DNA of 52,577 nucleotides, from contig CBFGIY010000006.1 in the NCBI GenBank assembly GCA_965648935.1, positions 1 to 52,577 on the forward strand. The letters run 5' to 3'. Below are positions 1 through 9,589 of this stretch, piece by piece; the stretch's first letter is position 1; every line of letters begins with the position of its first letter. Source of the DNA: a candidate division WOR-3 bacterium (lineage in GTDB: Bacteria > Hydrothermota > Tepidihabitantia > Tepidihabitantales > Tepidihabitantaceae). A model generated the notes under the pieces. That model made no database searches and was not told the origin of the DNA. It saw only the letters and a list, made by a program, of their open reading frames with translations. Made by a program: the position numbers and the translations under genes.

Positions 1-286
1 CTTCCCGTGGACGCGGTACAGCAAGACCGGGTATCAGCCCGAAACTGGTCAGCAGGCTGCGATAGTAGCAACCATTGCGATAGCCCATCCGTCTGGGTGT
101 TCGCTGATACCGTCGCGCCATCAGTTGTACGACCATGTCCTGGCGCAGAACCCGTTCCAGCAGCTTCCGCAGGGCATCGGTCATCGGACGACGCAACGTC
201 TCTGCCTCATCGTCCTCGAGCCAGTCTTTGCTCTCCTGCATCCGGTCGATATACTGTCGCTGACTTAGATGTCCGTAGTAGGGCAC
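1..286 (-). CDS. IS256-family (Mutator-like) transposase, N-terminal part
   Basis: Own translation from GTG at 286 after SD AAGGAGG: MPYYGHLSQ...LLERVLRQDMVVQLMARRYQRTPRRMGYRNGCYYRSLLTSFGLIPGLAVPRPRE, matching the IS256 RY.R...R.GYRNG...R.L.T..G.I..L.VPR.R motif; not in ORF track. Confidence 0.85.
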   Translation of the reverse strand, partial: MPYYGHLSQRQYIDRMQESKDWLEDDEAETLRRPMTDALRKLLERVLRQDMVVQLMARRYQRTPRRMGYRNGCYYRSLLTSFGLIPGLAVPRPRE

Positions 287-384
287 GGGCGGTCCTCCTT
301 TAGGTATGCCATTACCAACAGGATACAGGACTCGCCCGGCCCTTCTCTCTCTCGCCAAATCTACACACACATCAGGATACTACC
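1..384 (-). mobile_element. IS256-family insertion sequence, left end (truncated by window edge)
   Basis: Transposase N-terminus on the minus strand plus terminal sequence ...ATCTACACACACATCAGGATACTACC (about 359-384), which resembles IS256-family ends (TTACACA...GGA..CTACC). Confidence 0.75.
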
Positions 385-389
385 CCGGC

Positions 390-417
390 TTGACAGCAGT
401 TGACGCCCTCCTATAAT
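390..417 (+). promoter_or_regulatory. sigma70 promoter for the ABC/pilHIG-like genes
   Basis: TTGACA-16nt-TATAAT, 9 nt before ATG 427. Confidence 0.75.
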
Positions 418-426
418 CGCAAGGCT

Positions 427-1377
427 ATGTCAGAAACCGTCCAGCCGGTCATCGCCACGGTCAGGCTGAACAAGCTCTACCGGTCGGGGTTGCGGATGCG
501 CCGGGTGGCCGCGCTCAACGACGTGACGCTGTCGGTCGAGAAGGGCGAGATCTACGGCTTTCTCGGTCCCAATGGCGCGGGCAAGACTTCACTCATCAAG
601 ATACTCATCGGGCTCTCGCGGCCGACGAGCGGCACGGCCGAGGTGTTCGGCCGCCCGCCGCACGACGCCGAGGCGAAGAAGCGACTGGGCTTCCTGCCCG
701 AGCAGCCCTACTTCTACGATTACCTGACCGCCGCGGAGTTCCTCCGGCTGTCGGCGCGCATCTCGGGCGTGCCCGGCGAGGAGATTGCCGGCCGGGTCAA
801 CGGCCTGCTGCGGCTGGTGCGGATGGAGCATGCGGCCGGCAGCCAGATGCGCGGTTTCTCGCGCGGCATGCTGCAGCGGATGGGCATAGCCCAGGCTCTG
901 GTCGGCGACCCGGAACTGGTCATTCTCGACGAGCCGATGGGCGGACTGGACCCGGTCGGCCGCAAGGAGTTCCGCGACCTCATTGTCGATCTGCGCGAGC
1001 GGGGCAAGACGGTGTTCTTCTCGACCCACATTCTTTCCGATGTCGAGCTGATATGCGACCGGGTCGGCATCATCATCGGCGGCCGGATCGTCGAGGAGGG
1101 CCGGCTCGAGGATATCCTCGGGTCGGCCGCCGAGTCGATCGATGTGACGGTCAGGGGCGCGACCGGCAAGATCGTGAAGGTGCTGGAGCGGGTCGCGCGT
1201 CACTCGATCAAGTCGGGTGACGTTCTGCTGCTGACCGTCAGCCGCGAGGAGGACGTCGACAAGATCGCGGCCATCGCCCGCGAGGCCGGGGTGCGCATCC
1301 AGTCGATCGTGCCGCGGCGGGCGACGCTGGAGGACTACTTCATGGCTCACGTCGAGAAGCAGAAGGGGGCGGCGTGA
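427..1377 (+). CDS. ABC transporter ATP-binding protein (Myxococcus PilH-like)
   Basis: Walker A GPNGAGKT, signature FSRGMLQR, Walker B ILDEP, H-loop; start moved to ATG 427 because the upstream TTG lies inside the promoter. Confidence 0.9.
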   Translation: MSETVQPVIATVRLNKLYRSGLRMRRVAALNDVTLSVEKGEIYGFLGPNGAGKTSLIKILIGLSRPTSGTAEVFGRPPHDAEAKKRLGFLPEQPYFYDYLTAAEFLRLSARISGVPGEEIAGRVNGLLRLVRMEHAAGSQMRGFSRGMLQRMGIAQALVGDPELVILDEPMGGLDPVGRKEFRDLIVDLRERGKTVFFSTHILSDVELICDRVGIIIGGRIVEEGRLEDILGSAAESIDVTVRGATGKIVKVLERVARHSIKSGDVLLLTVSREEDVDKIAAIAREAGVRIQSIVPRRATLEDYFMAHVEKQKGAA

Positions 1378-2141
1378 CCGGGCGCATCGCCGGCATCGCC
1401 GTGAACACTTTCCGCGAGTCAATCCGCGACAAGGTCCTGGTCACCCTGCTGGTGTTCGCGGTGCTGGTGATGGGCAGCGCCCGGGTGATCCAGCCGCTGG
1501 CGCTCGGCGAGGAGAGCAAGGTCGTCAAGGACCTCGGCCTGGCCTCGATCACCTTCTTCACCGTGCTCATCGCCATCCTCGTCGGCGGCCGGATCGTCTA
1601 CAAGGAAGTCGAGCGGCGCACGATCTACATAATGCTGGCCAAGCCGGTCCGGCGCTGGGAGTTCATCGTCGGCAAGTACGCCGGCCTGATGGCGGTGCTG
1701 CTGGTGAGCCTGGTCGTGATGACCGCGGCGTTCTACCTGATGCTGCCGATAATCGGTGTCAAGGTCTCGGTCCTGATGCTGCTCGCGGTGCTGATGACTT
1801 TCTTTCAGCTGGCGATTCTGACCGCGGTCGCCGTGTTCTTTTCCACTTTTGTAACGCCGATCGCGAGCGCCATCTTCACTTTCGCGGTCTACTTCGTGGG
1901 TCACCTGACCCGCGACCTCAAGCTGCTGGCGGCGATGAGCCAGTCGCCGGTCGTGAAGATCGTCAGCGAGTTTCTCTACTATGTTCTGCCCAATCTCACC
2001 AACTTCAACCTGCGCGCCGAGGTCGCGCGCGACGCGCTGATCGACCCGGCGTCCGTGGTGCTGGCCATCGCGTACTCGATAGTCTATTCGGCCACGCTCC
2101 TGTTCCTTTCCGTCGCGATCTTCCGCCGCAAGGAGTTCTAG
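1374..2141 (+). CDS. ABC-2 type permease (PilI-like)
   Basis: Multiple TM helices, IA.NTFRE..R.K start, E.ERRTIY..LAKPV.R.EF..GKY.G motif; GTGA overlap with ATPase. Confidence 0.85.
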   Translation: MTGRIAGIAVNTFRESIRDKVLVTLLVFAVLVMGSARVIQPLALGEESKVVKDLGLASITFFTVLIAILVGGRIVYKEVERRTIYIMLAKPVRRWEFIVGKYAGLMAVLLVSLVVMTAAFYLMLPIIGVKVSVLMLLAVLMTFFQLAILTAVAVFFSTFVTPIASAIFTFAVYFVGHLTRDLKLLAAMSQSPVVKIVSEFLYYVLPNLTNFNLRAEVARDALIDPASVVLAIAYSIVYSATLLFLSVAIFRRKEF

Positions 2142-2145
2142 GCCG

Positions 2146-3042
2146 GTGGTTGAGGAAATCCGGCCCGCGATACCGGGGCCGCGCGGCCCGGGTGCGTTCG
2201 CCGCGCTGCTGCCGGCCGTTCTCGTGGTGTGGGGCTTCGTTGTCTGCTACCTGCTGCAGATCGGCATCGACCGCGCCGGCGAGAAGCGGATGCGCGAGAA
2301 GGCGATCGAGGAGCTGATGTACTTCCCTTCGGGCCAGTTCATCCGGCAGGCGACGATCGAGTACCAGGTCCTGGCGGCCGACTTTGTCTGGCTGCGGGCG
2401 ATCCAGTACTACGGGCATCACCTGATGACCGACCGCAAGTACGAGTGGCTCGGGCACGTCTTCGAGATACTTGCCGTGCTCGACCCGAAGTTCGTCGGAG
2501 CCTATCACTTCGGCGCGATAACCCTGGCCTGGGACGCGCGCAAGCCGCAGGAGGCGGTTGACTTCCTGATCAGGGGCATGCGGGCAAACCCGGTCAGCTG
2601 GGAGCTTCCATTCGACGCCGCGTTCATCAGTTTCATGCAGCTGCGCGACTACGAGCGCGCCGGGGTGCTTTTCGACATCGCTTCCCGCTTGCCGGGCGCG
2701 TGGCAGATAACGGCGCGCTGGGCGGCCGTGGCCATGTCCCGCGCCGGTGACTTCGAGACGGCGCGGCAGATGTGGCGCGAGATCTACGAGAACACCGAGA
2801 ACCGGGCACTGCGGGAGCTGGTGATTCGCCAGCTGCGCAACTTGAAACTGGAGGAGGGCCTGGCCGTGCTGCAGTCGGCAGTCGACCGGTTCCGTGACGA
2901 CAAGGGCCGCCCGCCGAACCGCCTTTCCGAGTTGCTCGCGGCCGGATACCTCCAGCGGATACCGGAGGAGCCTTATGGCGGCAGTTTCTACCTCGACGGG
3001 GACCGGGTGCGTTCCAGCACCCCTCCCGCGCGGCGCGACTAG
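2146..3042 (+). CDS. Membrane-anchored TPR-like protein (PilG-like of the Myxococcus/Geobacter pil locus)
   Basis: N-terminal TM, AD..WLRAIQYYG and LDP.F..AY motifs, helical repeats, pilin-like tail (L.ELL.AGYL..IP.EPYGG.F). Confidence 0.65.
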   Translation: MVEEIRPAIPGPRGPGAFAALLPAVLVVWGFVVCYLLQIGIDRAGEKRMREKAIEELMYFPSGQFIRQATIEYQVLAADFVWLRAIQYYGHHLMTDRKYEWLGHVFEILAVLDPKFVGAYHFGAITLAWDARKPQEAVDFLIRGMRANPVSWELPFDAAFISFMQLRDYERAGVLFDIASRLPGAWQITARWAAVAMSRAGDFETARQMWREIYENTENRALRELVIRQLRNLKLEEGLAVLQSAVDRFRDDKGRPPNRLSELLAAGYLQRIPEEPYGGSFYLDGDRVRSSTPPARRD

Positions 3043-3056
3043 GGCGCAGGCTCACC

Positions 3057-3085
3057 TTGACAAAGGGCACGGTCGTCCCTATAAC
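3057..3085 (+). promoter_or_regulatory. sigma70 promoter for pilin
   Basis: TTGACA-17nt-TATAAC followed by SD GGAGGAG. Confidence 0.7.
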
Positions 3086-3102
3086 CTACGGGAGGAGTAA
3101 CT

Positions 3103-3636
3103 ATGCGAGAACCCAAAGGCTTCACTTTGATTGAGATGCTCGTCGTCATCATGATCATGGGCGTGCTGATGAGCATGGCGATTCCGCGGTTCACAGTCGT
3201 CCGCGAGCAGGCCCGCACTGCCGCGATGAAGATGAATCTGCACAACGTCCAGGTTGTCGTTGAAGCCTTCCACGCGGAGAAGGGGTACTATGCCGACGAC
3301 TTCTACGAGGACGGGTACGGCTCCTATTTCCCGGGCGGCGTCTTCAACGAGCGGATGGGCAAGCTGCCCCGGAACCCGTGGACAAATGCGGAGATGGACC
3401 CGGACGAGTTCAACCCGGAGGACTACGAGTCTGAGGCCGATATCAGCAACAACCAGGAGCTGGGGCCGAACGACATTTCCGGTTACTATCCGGGAGAGAT
3501 CGTCTATGGCGTCTGGGAGCCGGAGGGGGCCGAGTGGCCGCTCGGGTACGGCCTGGTCGCGATCGGCCGGGGCGGGATTTCCATCCGGGACTACAACCCG
3601 GACGAGACGGCCGTGATCTTCCTGCTGCACAACTAG
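3103..3636 (+). CDS. Type IV prepilin (candidate major pilin)
   Basis: Class III signal KG|FTLIEML, hydrophobic alpha1, P22; own promoter and strong SD. Confidence 0.85.
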   Translation: MREPKGFTLIEMLVVIMIMGVLMSMAIPRFTVVREQARTAAMKMNLHNVQVVVEAFHAEKGYYADDFYEDGYGSYFPGGVFNERMGKLPRNPWTNAEMDPDEFNPEDYESEADISNNQELGPNDISGYYPGEIVYGVWEPEGAEWPLGYGLVAIGRGGISIRDYNPDETAVIFLLHN

Positions 3637-3668
3637 AGGAATCAGCTATGTGCTCAGTATTGCGACGC

Positions 3669-3697
3669 TTGACACCTGTCCGCAGGCGACCTATAAT
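3669..3697 (+). promoter_or_regulatory. Consensus sigma70 promoter for minor pilin-pilMNOPQ operon
   Basis: TTGACA-17nt-TATAAT, 7 nt before in-frame GTG 3705. Confidence 0.8.
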
Positions 3698-3704
3698 TTC
3701 CCCG

Positions 3705-4247
3705 GTGAACGGTACTTCGGCGCGCCCGTCCGGGTTTACTCTCGTCGAGTTGCTCGTCGTGATATCCGTCGTCGGCATACTGCTGGCGTTCTTCGTCCCG
3801 ACAATCGTCTCCCGAATAACGACCAACGCGCGGCGGGTCGCGACGCTGCAGGAGATGAATGTCATCCGTGATGCGATTGCCGGCAACCCCAGCATCCAGA
3901 TAGACGGCGACCTTGTGGCCACGGGCTTCCGCAACGACGTCGGGCGCTATCCCAGAGACCTCATCGAGCTGGCCACGCGCAATCCGTTCGAGCCGCCCTA
4001 TGACCGGATGAACTACGTCGGCAAGGAGACCCTGCCCGGCTGGGATCCCTACATCAAGCGCGGCTGGAACGGTCCGTACGTCCGGGAAGACGGCGAGATG
4101 AGCTATCGTTTCGATGCCTGGGGAGTGGAGTACCGGTACCTGATTCTGAACAACGAAACCCTTGGCCTGTGGAGCGCCGGTCCGGACGGTCTGTTCATCG
4201 GCCAGCCCGGGGCTCGGGACAGCGACGACATCAAGGTGCGCTTCTAG
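3705..4247 (+). CDS. Prepilin / GspG-like pseudopilin
   Basis: SG|FTLVELL; C-terminal W.GPY...DAWG..Y.Y...LWSAGPDG...DDI (T2SSG motif); start chosen at GTG 3705 (ATG 3648 is the alternative). Confidence 0.8.
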   Translation: MNGTSARPSGFTLVELLVVISVVGILLAFFVPTIVSRITTNARRVATLQEMNVIRDAIAGNPSIQIDGDLVATGFRNDVGRYPRDLIELATRNPFEPPYDRMNYVGKETLPGWDPYIKRGWNGPYVREDGEMSYRFDAWGVEYRYLILNNETLGLWSAGPDGLFIGQPGARDSDDIKVRF

Positions 4248-4256
4248 GAGGCTGTG

Positions 4257-5075
4257 ATGGACCTGCGCAAGCACACGGCAGAACGCGGCGTGACTCTGCT
4301 GGAGCTGCTCATCGTCCTGATGATCCTGAGCCTGATCCTCACGGCGGCGGTCAAGACCTGGGACGTCACCCTGGAGCGGGGCCGTTACGAGAGCACGCGC
4401 AAGCGTCTGGACCAGCTGGCGACGGCGATAACCGGTGACCCCAACTACATAGTTGCCGGCCGGCGGGCCGACTTTGGCTTTGTCGGCGATATGGGCCGGA
4501 TGCCCTATACGATATCCGAGCTTGTCACGGAGCCGCCGGCATCGCCCCCGGAGAGCAGCCGCTGGCGCGGTCCCTACATCCGGGCGGCCTTCAGCGAGTC
4601 CCCCGAGACTTTCCGCACCGACGGCTGGGGCGACACCATTGTCTACAATCTGGATAGCACATACCTGCGCAGCTTCGGCGGGCGTGGCTTCGTCGATCGG
4701 ACCCGCTGGTTGACGCGCGAACTGGGGTTCACCAGGGCAGAGCTCGAACGCAATGTCGTCAGCGGCCAGGTTTTCGATGTCCGGGGCCAGCCCCCGACCC
4801 CGCGTGCCGACAGCATCGGTCTGCTCACGGTCGTGCTGCTGCGTCCGTTCGAAGGGGTGACCCGGCGCGATTCCGCGCAGGTGCTGTCCACCAGCAACGG
4901 TCAGTTCTCTTTCACGAACATCCCGCAGGGCAATCATGTCCTGGTCGCCCGCTATGTCAGGTATGTTCCGCCGCCGCCGGAAACGACCCTGACCACGATC
5001 AACGTGACCGTGTACCCGAAGCTGGGCGCGCCTGACGTGCGCGTCAGGCTGAACCTTGACTGGAGCGCGCAATGA
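4257..5075 (+). CDS. Minor prepilin with GspG-like core and C-terminal Ig/carboxypeptidase-regulatory-like domain
   Basis: RG|VTLLELL, W.GPY, DGWG; tail SGQVFD...NGQFSFTNIPQG.H.L. Confidence 0.8.
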   Translation: MDLRKHTAERGVTLLELLIVLMILSLILTAAVKTWDVTLERGRYESTRKRLDQLATAITGDPNYIVAGRRADFGFVGDMGRMPYTISELVTEPPASPPESSRWRGPYIRAAFSESPETFRTDGWGDTIVYNLDSTYLRSFGGRGFVDRTRWLTRELGFTRAELERNVVSGQVFDVRGQPPTPRADSIGLLTVVLLRPFEGVTRRDSAQVLSTSNGQFSFTNIPQGNHVLVARYVRYVPPPPETTLTTINVTVYPKLGAPDVRVRLNLDWSAQ

Positions 5076-6238
5076 CGAGGTTCACTGCGTTCCGCGCCCG
5101 CGGTTTTACACTGATGGAACTGCTGGTCGTGCTGCTCATCATCGGCGTTCTGAGCACGGTCGCGCTACGCACCATCGACGCGACCCGCGATCGGTCGCTC
5201 TTTGATCAGACCGCCCGTGAGATGCGCCAGATTGTCCAGTCGATAACCGGCAACGCCGACCTTGTTTACGACGGCCGCCGTACCGATTTCGGCTTCTATG
5301 GCGACCTGGGCCGGCTGCCGTCAGAGCTGCGCGAGCTTGTCGACAACGTCAACAACGAGCCGAACTGGCGCGGGCCATACCTGCGTCGGGACATGCTCGG
5401 CGATTCGCTCGGGTTCCTGCGCGATGCGTGGGGCGAGCTCTACAGCTACAATTCCGCAACCGGCACGATATCCTCGCTGGGCAACGGCCGGTTCCCGCTG
5501 ACGATGCGTGTGGCCGATACCCTCACGCAACTGTCGGACAACATCGTCAGCGGCAACATCACTGATATCGAGGGCAATCCGCCCGGGGATCTCGCAAGCG
5601 CCATCACCGTGGCGCTCTACGCGAGCGCGTATCCGGTCCCGGTCCTTGCGGCGGTGGATGCCGGCGGCTACTACGAGTTCTCGACCAACACCGCCCGGCC
5701 GGTGCCGATGGGCACACACCGGCTGGTGGTCAGGTTGCCTGCGCCTTCATATGATTCCATATCACGCTGGGTGACCGTTGCGCCCCGCTCTCGGGCGATC
5801 GTCGATTTTCGGTTCAACCGGAGTTTCCGCAGTCGGCTGAAGCTTGTCGGCACGCCGGTGCTGCAGCTGCCCGACAGCAACGGTTTCACAATTCGGGTCG
5901 TGAACACGGCGAGCACCGATACCGTCATCACTTCCGTGACCTTTGCCGCAATCGCGCCGGCCGACTCGGCGTACATGACGTGGTTCACGGTCAATGGTGC
6001 GAATGTCTCTGGTTTCCCGCTGCCCAACGGCAGCAGGGCGCCGGGCAACGGCAGCACCGTGGCCATTCTGCCGCCGGCACCGATTCCCGGGAATCTGGCC
6101 GACGAAGTGGTCTTCGGCTTCTTCAGTTTCGTGACCGACAGCATAGTGGACAGTATTCTCAGCACCCCGGCGAGAGTCGCCGGGCGGGAGTTCCGCCTGC
6201 GTTTCAGCGACGGGTCTGAGATTACCTTCACGCCGTGA
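5072..6238 (+). CDS. Large minor prepilin with beta-rich C-terminal domains
   Basis: RG|FTLMELL, DFGF.GDLGRLP..L.ELV, WRGPYL, DAWG motifs shared with the two preceding pilins. Confidence 0.8.
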   Translation: MTRFTAFRARGFTLMELLVVLLIIGVLSTVALRTIDATRDRSLFDQTAREMRQIVQSITGNADLVYDGRRTDFGFYGDLGRLPSELRELVDNVNNEPNWRGPYLRRDMLGDSLGFLRDAWGELYSYNSATGTISSLGNGRFPLTMRVADTLTQLSDNIVSGNITDIEGNPPGDLASAITVALYASAYPVPVLAAVDAGGYYEFSTNTARPVPMGTHRLVVRLPAPSYDSISRWVTVAPRSRAIVDFRFNRSFRSRLKLVGTPVLQLPDSNGFTIRVVNTASTDTVITSVTFAAIAPADSAYMTWFTVNGANVSGFPLPNGSRAPGNGSTVAILPPAPIPGNLADEVVFGFFSFVTDSIVDSILSTPARVAGREFRLRFSDGSEITFTP

Positions 6239-6259
6239 CAGGGATGATAAGGAGGAGTA

Positions 6260-7879
6260 TTGGCAACCGGTAGCGTTTTCGGCAAGGTGTTAGGCGGGGG
6301 CGGCAAGGGAACGCTCTGCATTGATATCGGTTCCAACTCGGTGAAGTTCATCAAGATGGAAGGCGGGCGGATCGTCGATTACGGCCTGAAGGAAATCGGC
6401 GAGGCGTTCGACGTTCCTTCCATACTCCGCGAGCTGATCAAGGACTACAAGCCGGACGAGGTCTTCAGCTTCGTGTCCGGGCCTTCGGTCAGCCTGCGCC
6501 AGGCGCCTTTCCCGAAGATGAACCGCCGGGAACTGAAGGACGCCATCCTGCTGCGCCTCGAGAAGTACTCGCCCTTCACTCTCGACGAAGCGATCCTCGA
6601 TTTCAAGACCCTCGGCCCGATGCGCGAGGCCGGCGCGATCAAGGACAACGTCATGGTCGTTGCCGCGCGCAAGGACATCGTTTCCGACCACATTTCGACG
6701 CTGCGGAAGGCCGGTCTCGAACCCACCGCGATCAGCGTCATTCCGTTCGCCCTGCAGGCCGCGGCGCGCAAGTACGCCCAGGTGCGGCCCGAGGAGACGG
6801 TCTGTGTGCTTGACGTCGGCGCCGAGTTCACGGACATGGTCTTCCTCAAAGGCGAGCGGCTTGACCTCGCCCGGACGATCACGACCGCAGGCAACGCGCT
6901 GACCGAGGCGATGACCGTGGCGATCACGACCGAGGAAGGCCAGCTTGCCCTGGACGCGTACGACGCGGAGAACTACAAGCGCAAGTACGGCATACCGAGC
7001 GAGGAAGAGACCGAGCTGTTGCCCAACGGTATCATGGTCAAGCGTCTGGCGACGCTGCAGCGGCCCGCGCTCGAGCGGTTCGTTGCCGAGATCAACCGGT
7101 CAATCGACTACTACCGGCGCGAGTTCGGCGAGGCGAAGATTGACCGCATCCTGATGTGCGGCGGCAGTGCCGCGATGAAGGGTCTGCGCGAGTACATCCA
7201 GACCAATCTCGGGATACCGATCGAGCTGTTCGACCCGTTCCGCAGCGCCGGTCTCTACCGGAAGGGTTCGCTGCCCGAGGAGCAAGAGGGCTACCGACTG
7301 GTTACCGCGCTCGGCCTGCTGTACGACCACACGTCAGTCGACCTGTTGCCGGGCGAGATGAAGACCGGCAAGTTCGTCGCCCGGGACATTCGACTGGCGG
7401 TCGCGGGCGGGATCGTCTGGGCCGGGCTGCTGATACTCGTCTACGTCGGTCTGACCGGGTGGTCCCAAGCCTCGGTTGTCCAGGCCAATCGCCTGCGGCG
7501 CGACCTCAAAGCCACGGAGGAAACCAACAAGGAGTACTTCGCGCTGGAAGCCCAGATCAACGACCTCCAGACGAGGCAGAACAGCCTGACCGACGTTGTC
7601 GGCGACTTCACGCCGACCGTGCCGGTGCTGGCTCAACTCACGAGGATAGTGCCGCAGAACGTCCAGTTGACCAATGTCTCGCTCACCGACGGCAACAACG
7701 TCAAGCTGATTGGCGTGGTTTCGGGCGAGCCCTTCCTGTTGGATGTCGACCTGTCGCAGTTCCTCATCGACCTTGAGGCAAGCCCGGGCTTCCAGCAGGT
7801 CCAGCTGGTGTCCAAGAACCGCAGCTCGCTTCAGGGCGAAACCGTCCTGGAGTTCGAACTGCAGTGCGTCACGGAGTGA
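6260..7879 (+). CDS. pilM: PilM-PilN fusion protein
   Basis: Actin-like IDIGSNSVK, LDVGA..T, EI.RS.DYY, GG.A...GL, then DLLP motif, TM, coiled coil and PilN domain; TTG start after AGGAGG. Confidence 0.85.
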   Translation: MATGSVFGKVLGGGGKGTLCIDIGSNSVKFIKMEGGRIVDYGLKEIGEAFDVPSILRELIKDYKPDEVFSFVSGPSVSLRQAPFPKMNRRELKDAILLRLEKYSPFTLDEAILDFKTLGPMREAGAIKDNVMVVAARKDIVSDHISTLRKAGLEPTAISVIPFALQAAARKYAQVRPEETVCVLDVGAEFTDMVFLKGERLDLARTITTAGNALTEAMTVAITTEEGQLALDAYDAENYKRKYGIPSEEETELLPNGIMVKRLATLQRPALERFVAEINRSIDYYRREFGEAKIDRILMCGGSAAMKGLREYIQTNLGIPIELFDPFRSAGLYRKGSLPEEQEGYRLVTALGLLYDHTSVDLLPGEMKTGKFVARDIRLAVAGGIVWAGLLILVYVGLTGWSQASVVQANRLRRDLKATEETNKEYFALEAQINDLQTRQNSLTDVVGDFTPTVPVLAQLTRIVPQNVQLTNVSLTDGNNVKLIGVVSGEPFLLDVDLSQFLIDLEASPGFQQVQLVSKNRSSLQGETVLEFELQCVTE

Positions 7880-7882
7880 ACC

Positions 7883-8458
7883 ATGGCATTACTTGAACGA
7901 CGAGTTCTCCTGATCGCGCTGGGTGCCTATGTGGTGCTGGCCGTGCTGGCGGTGGTCTTCCTGTACCAGCCGCGGCTGAAGGCCCGCCAGCGCAACGCGG
8001 CAGTTGTCGCCGAGCTGCAGCAGCAACTCGAAGAGACCCGGGCCCGCGTGAAGCAGATAGGACGGCTGAGAGCCCGCCTTGAGGAACTCAAGGCGGCCAA
8101 TGTCGCGTTCACATCACACGTGGTGCCGCGCAGCCAGATGCTGGGCACGCTCAAGGACCTTGCCGACAAGGCGGCTGACGCCAAAGTCAGGTTCTTGGAG
8201 ATTCTGCCGCCCGGCCTTGACACTTTGCTGCACCAGGAGACGGATGCCCGTCCCCTGAGCGGCGTGCCCTTCATGGTAACTGTCCAAGGCCGCTATCTGG
8301 ACATCGGCCGCTATCTGGAGTCACTGAACAGCTACCCGTACTTCCTGCGCGTGCCCGCGTTCGAGCTGTTCGCGCGCGACGACATCCGGCCCGAGGTTGA
8401 GGCCAAGCTTCAGTTGAACCTGTACGCCTCCAGCCTCACGTCCGGGGGCAAGTTGTGA
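7883..8458 (+). CDS. pilO: Type IV pilus assembly protein PilO
   Basis: TM, coiled coil, V.G.Y..IG.YL..L motif; follows pilMN. Confidence 0.8.
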   Translation: MALLERRVLLIALGAYVVLAVLAVVFLYQPRLKARQRNAAVVAELQQQLEETRARVKQIGRLRARLEELKAANVAFTSHVVPRSQMLGTLKDLADKAADAKVRFLEILPPGLDTLLHQETDARPLSGVPFMVTVQGRYLDIGRYLESLNSYPYFLRVPAFELFARDDIRPEVEAKLQLNLYASSLTSGGKL

Positions 8459-9027
8459 GACGAATAGTCCTCATCCTGCTCGTCGTCGCGGTCGTCGGGA
8501 TTGCCGGTTTTGTGCTGCTCAGGCCCAAACCCAAGCCCAAGGCGGCAGTCAAGAAGACGTCGGGTGCTGCCGAGGAGGGTAAGTCGTCAGGCGCCGCCGA
8601 GAAGAGCACCGCCAAGGGGAGCCGCAGCAGCAAGAAGGCGGCCAAGGCTTCGCTCAAGGCGATGAGCAAGGAGGAACGGCGCGCCCAGATGAAGCGCATC
8701 CGCGAGGAGGAACGCAAGCGGAAGCGCGAGCTGAAGCGCCAGGAGCGCGAGAAGCGCAAGGCGTTACGCCAGGCCCGACGCAAGCGCGGCAAGCGAAAGA
8801 CCGGCAAGCGCGGACAGCAGCTCTACATCCTGAAGGCGGTTGTTTCTTTGGGTGACGAGAGCTATGCCCTTGTAGATGGCCGGCGCGTCAAGGTCGGCGA
8901 TATCGTGATGGGGCGCAGGGTGATTGCCATCGAGCCGGATCGGCTCGTGATAGAGGCATTCGGCAAGCGGACCGTGATCCGCGTCGGAGAAAGCCTGATT
9001 CCGAACTACGGTTATGGAAGCAAGTAA
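8455..9027 (+). CDS. PilP/GspB-like membrane-anchored protein with long Lys/Arg/Glu-rich linker
   Basis: TM, charged linker, C-terminal LKAV..LGDE.YALVDG...KVGD.V.G..V.AI..D. Confidence 0.55.
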   Translation: MRRIVLILLVVAVVGIAGFVLLRPKPKPKAAVKKTSGAAEEGKSSGAAEKSTAKGSRSSKKAAKASLKAMSKEERRAQMKRIREEERKRKRELKRQEREKRKALRQARRKRGKRKTGKRGQQLYILKAVVSLGDESYALVDGRRVKVGDIVMGRRVIAIEPDRLVIEAFGKRTVIRVGESLIPNYGYGSK

Positions 9028-9084
9028 CAGACTGACCGGATACGGCCTGCAAGCATTCGGGGACTTGCACGAGAAAGGAGCATC

Positions 9085-9588
9085 TTGAGACACCGAATAC
9101 TGATTATCCTGGGCCTGGCCGTGGCCCTGCTGGCGGTGTATACCTTCGTTCTCAGGGCGCAACCTTCCGGCCGGGCGAAAACCGCCGGCACCAGCGAGCA
9201 GCTGCGGACTACCTTGGCCGCCAAGGCAGCGGCGCAGTCTGGTGCCAAGGCCGCAGAGCCACCGCCGGCGCCGGCCGAGTCAGCTGCGGGCGGCGGAAAA
9301 CCCGAAGCAGCCCCGGCGGCGAGCCTGCCAGCCGTTGCCATAGCCCCGGAGCCTGAGTTCTGGGGCAGCGACCCGTTCGTGCGCGACTGGATGCTCACGA
9401 ACGAGCTGGCCAACCTTTACCTGAAGGCGATCACGATCGGCGGCGACGGCGCGTACGCGCTGATCAACGACCAGATCCTCGAAGAAGGTGACATCATCAG
9501 CGGCAAGCAGATTGTCAGCATCCAGCCGGACAACGTAATGCTGGAACAGGGCGGGCGCACGTTCACCCTGTTGCTGGGGGAGAGGTAA
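9085..9588 (+). CDS. PilP/GspB-like protein
   Basis: TM, Ala/Pro linker, WG.DPF motif, YALIN..IL.EGD.I.G..I..I..D.V.L; directly before pilQ. Confidence 0.6.
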   Translation: MRHRILIILGLAVALLAVYTFVLRAQPSGRAKTAGTSEQLRTTLAAKAAAQSGAKAAEPPPAPAESAAGGGKPEAAPAASLPAVAIAPEPEFWGSDPFVRDWMLTNELANLYLKAITIGGDGAYALINDQILEEGDIISGKQIVSIQPDNVMLEQGGRTFTLLLGER

Positions 9589-9589
9589 G

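Noticed and set aside
7..303. 98-aa plus-strand ORF
   Set aside because: Shadow of the minus-strand IS256 transposase
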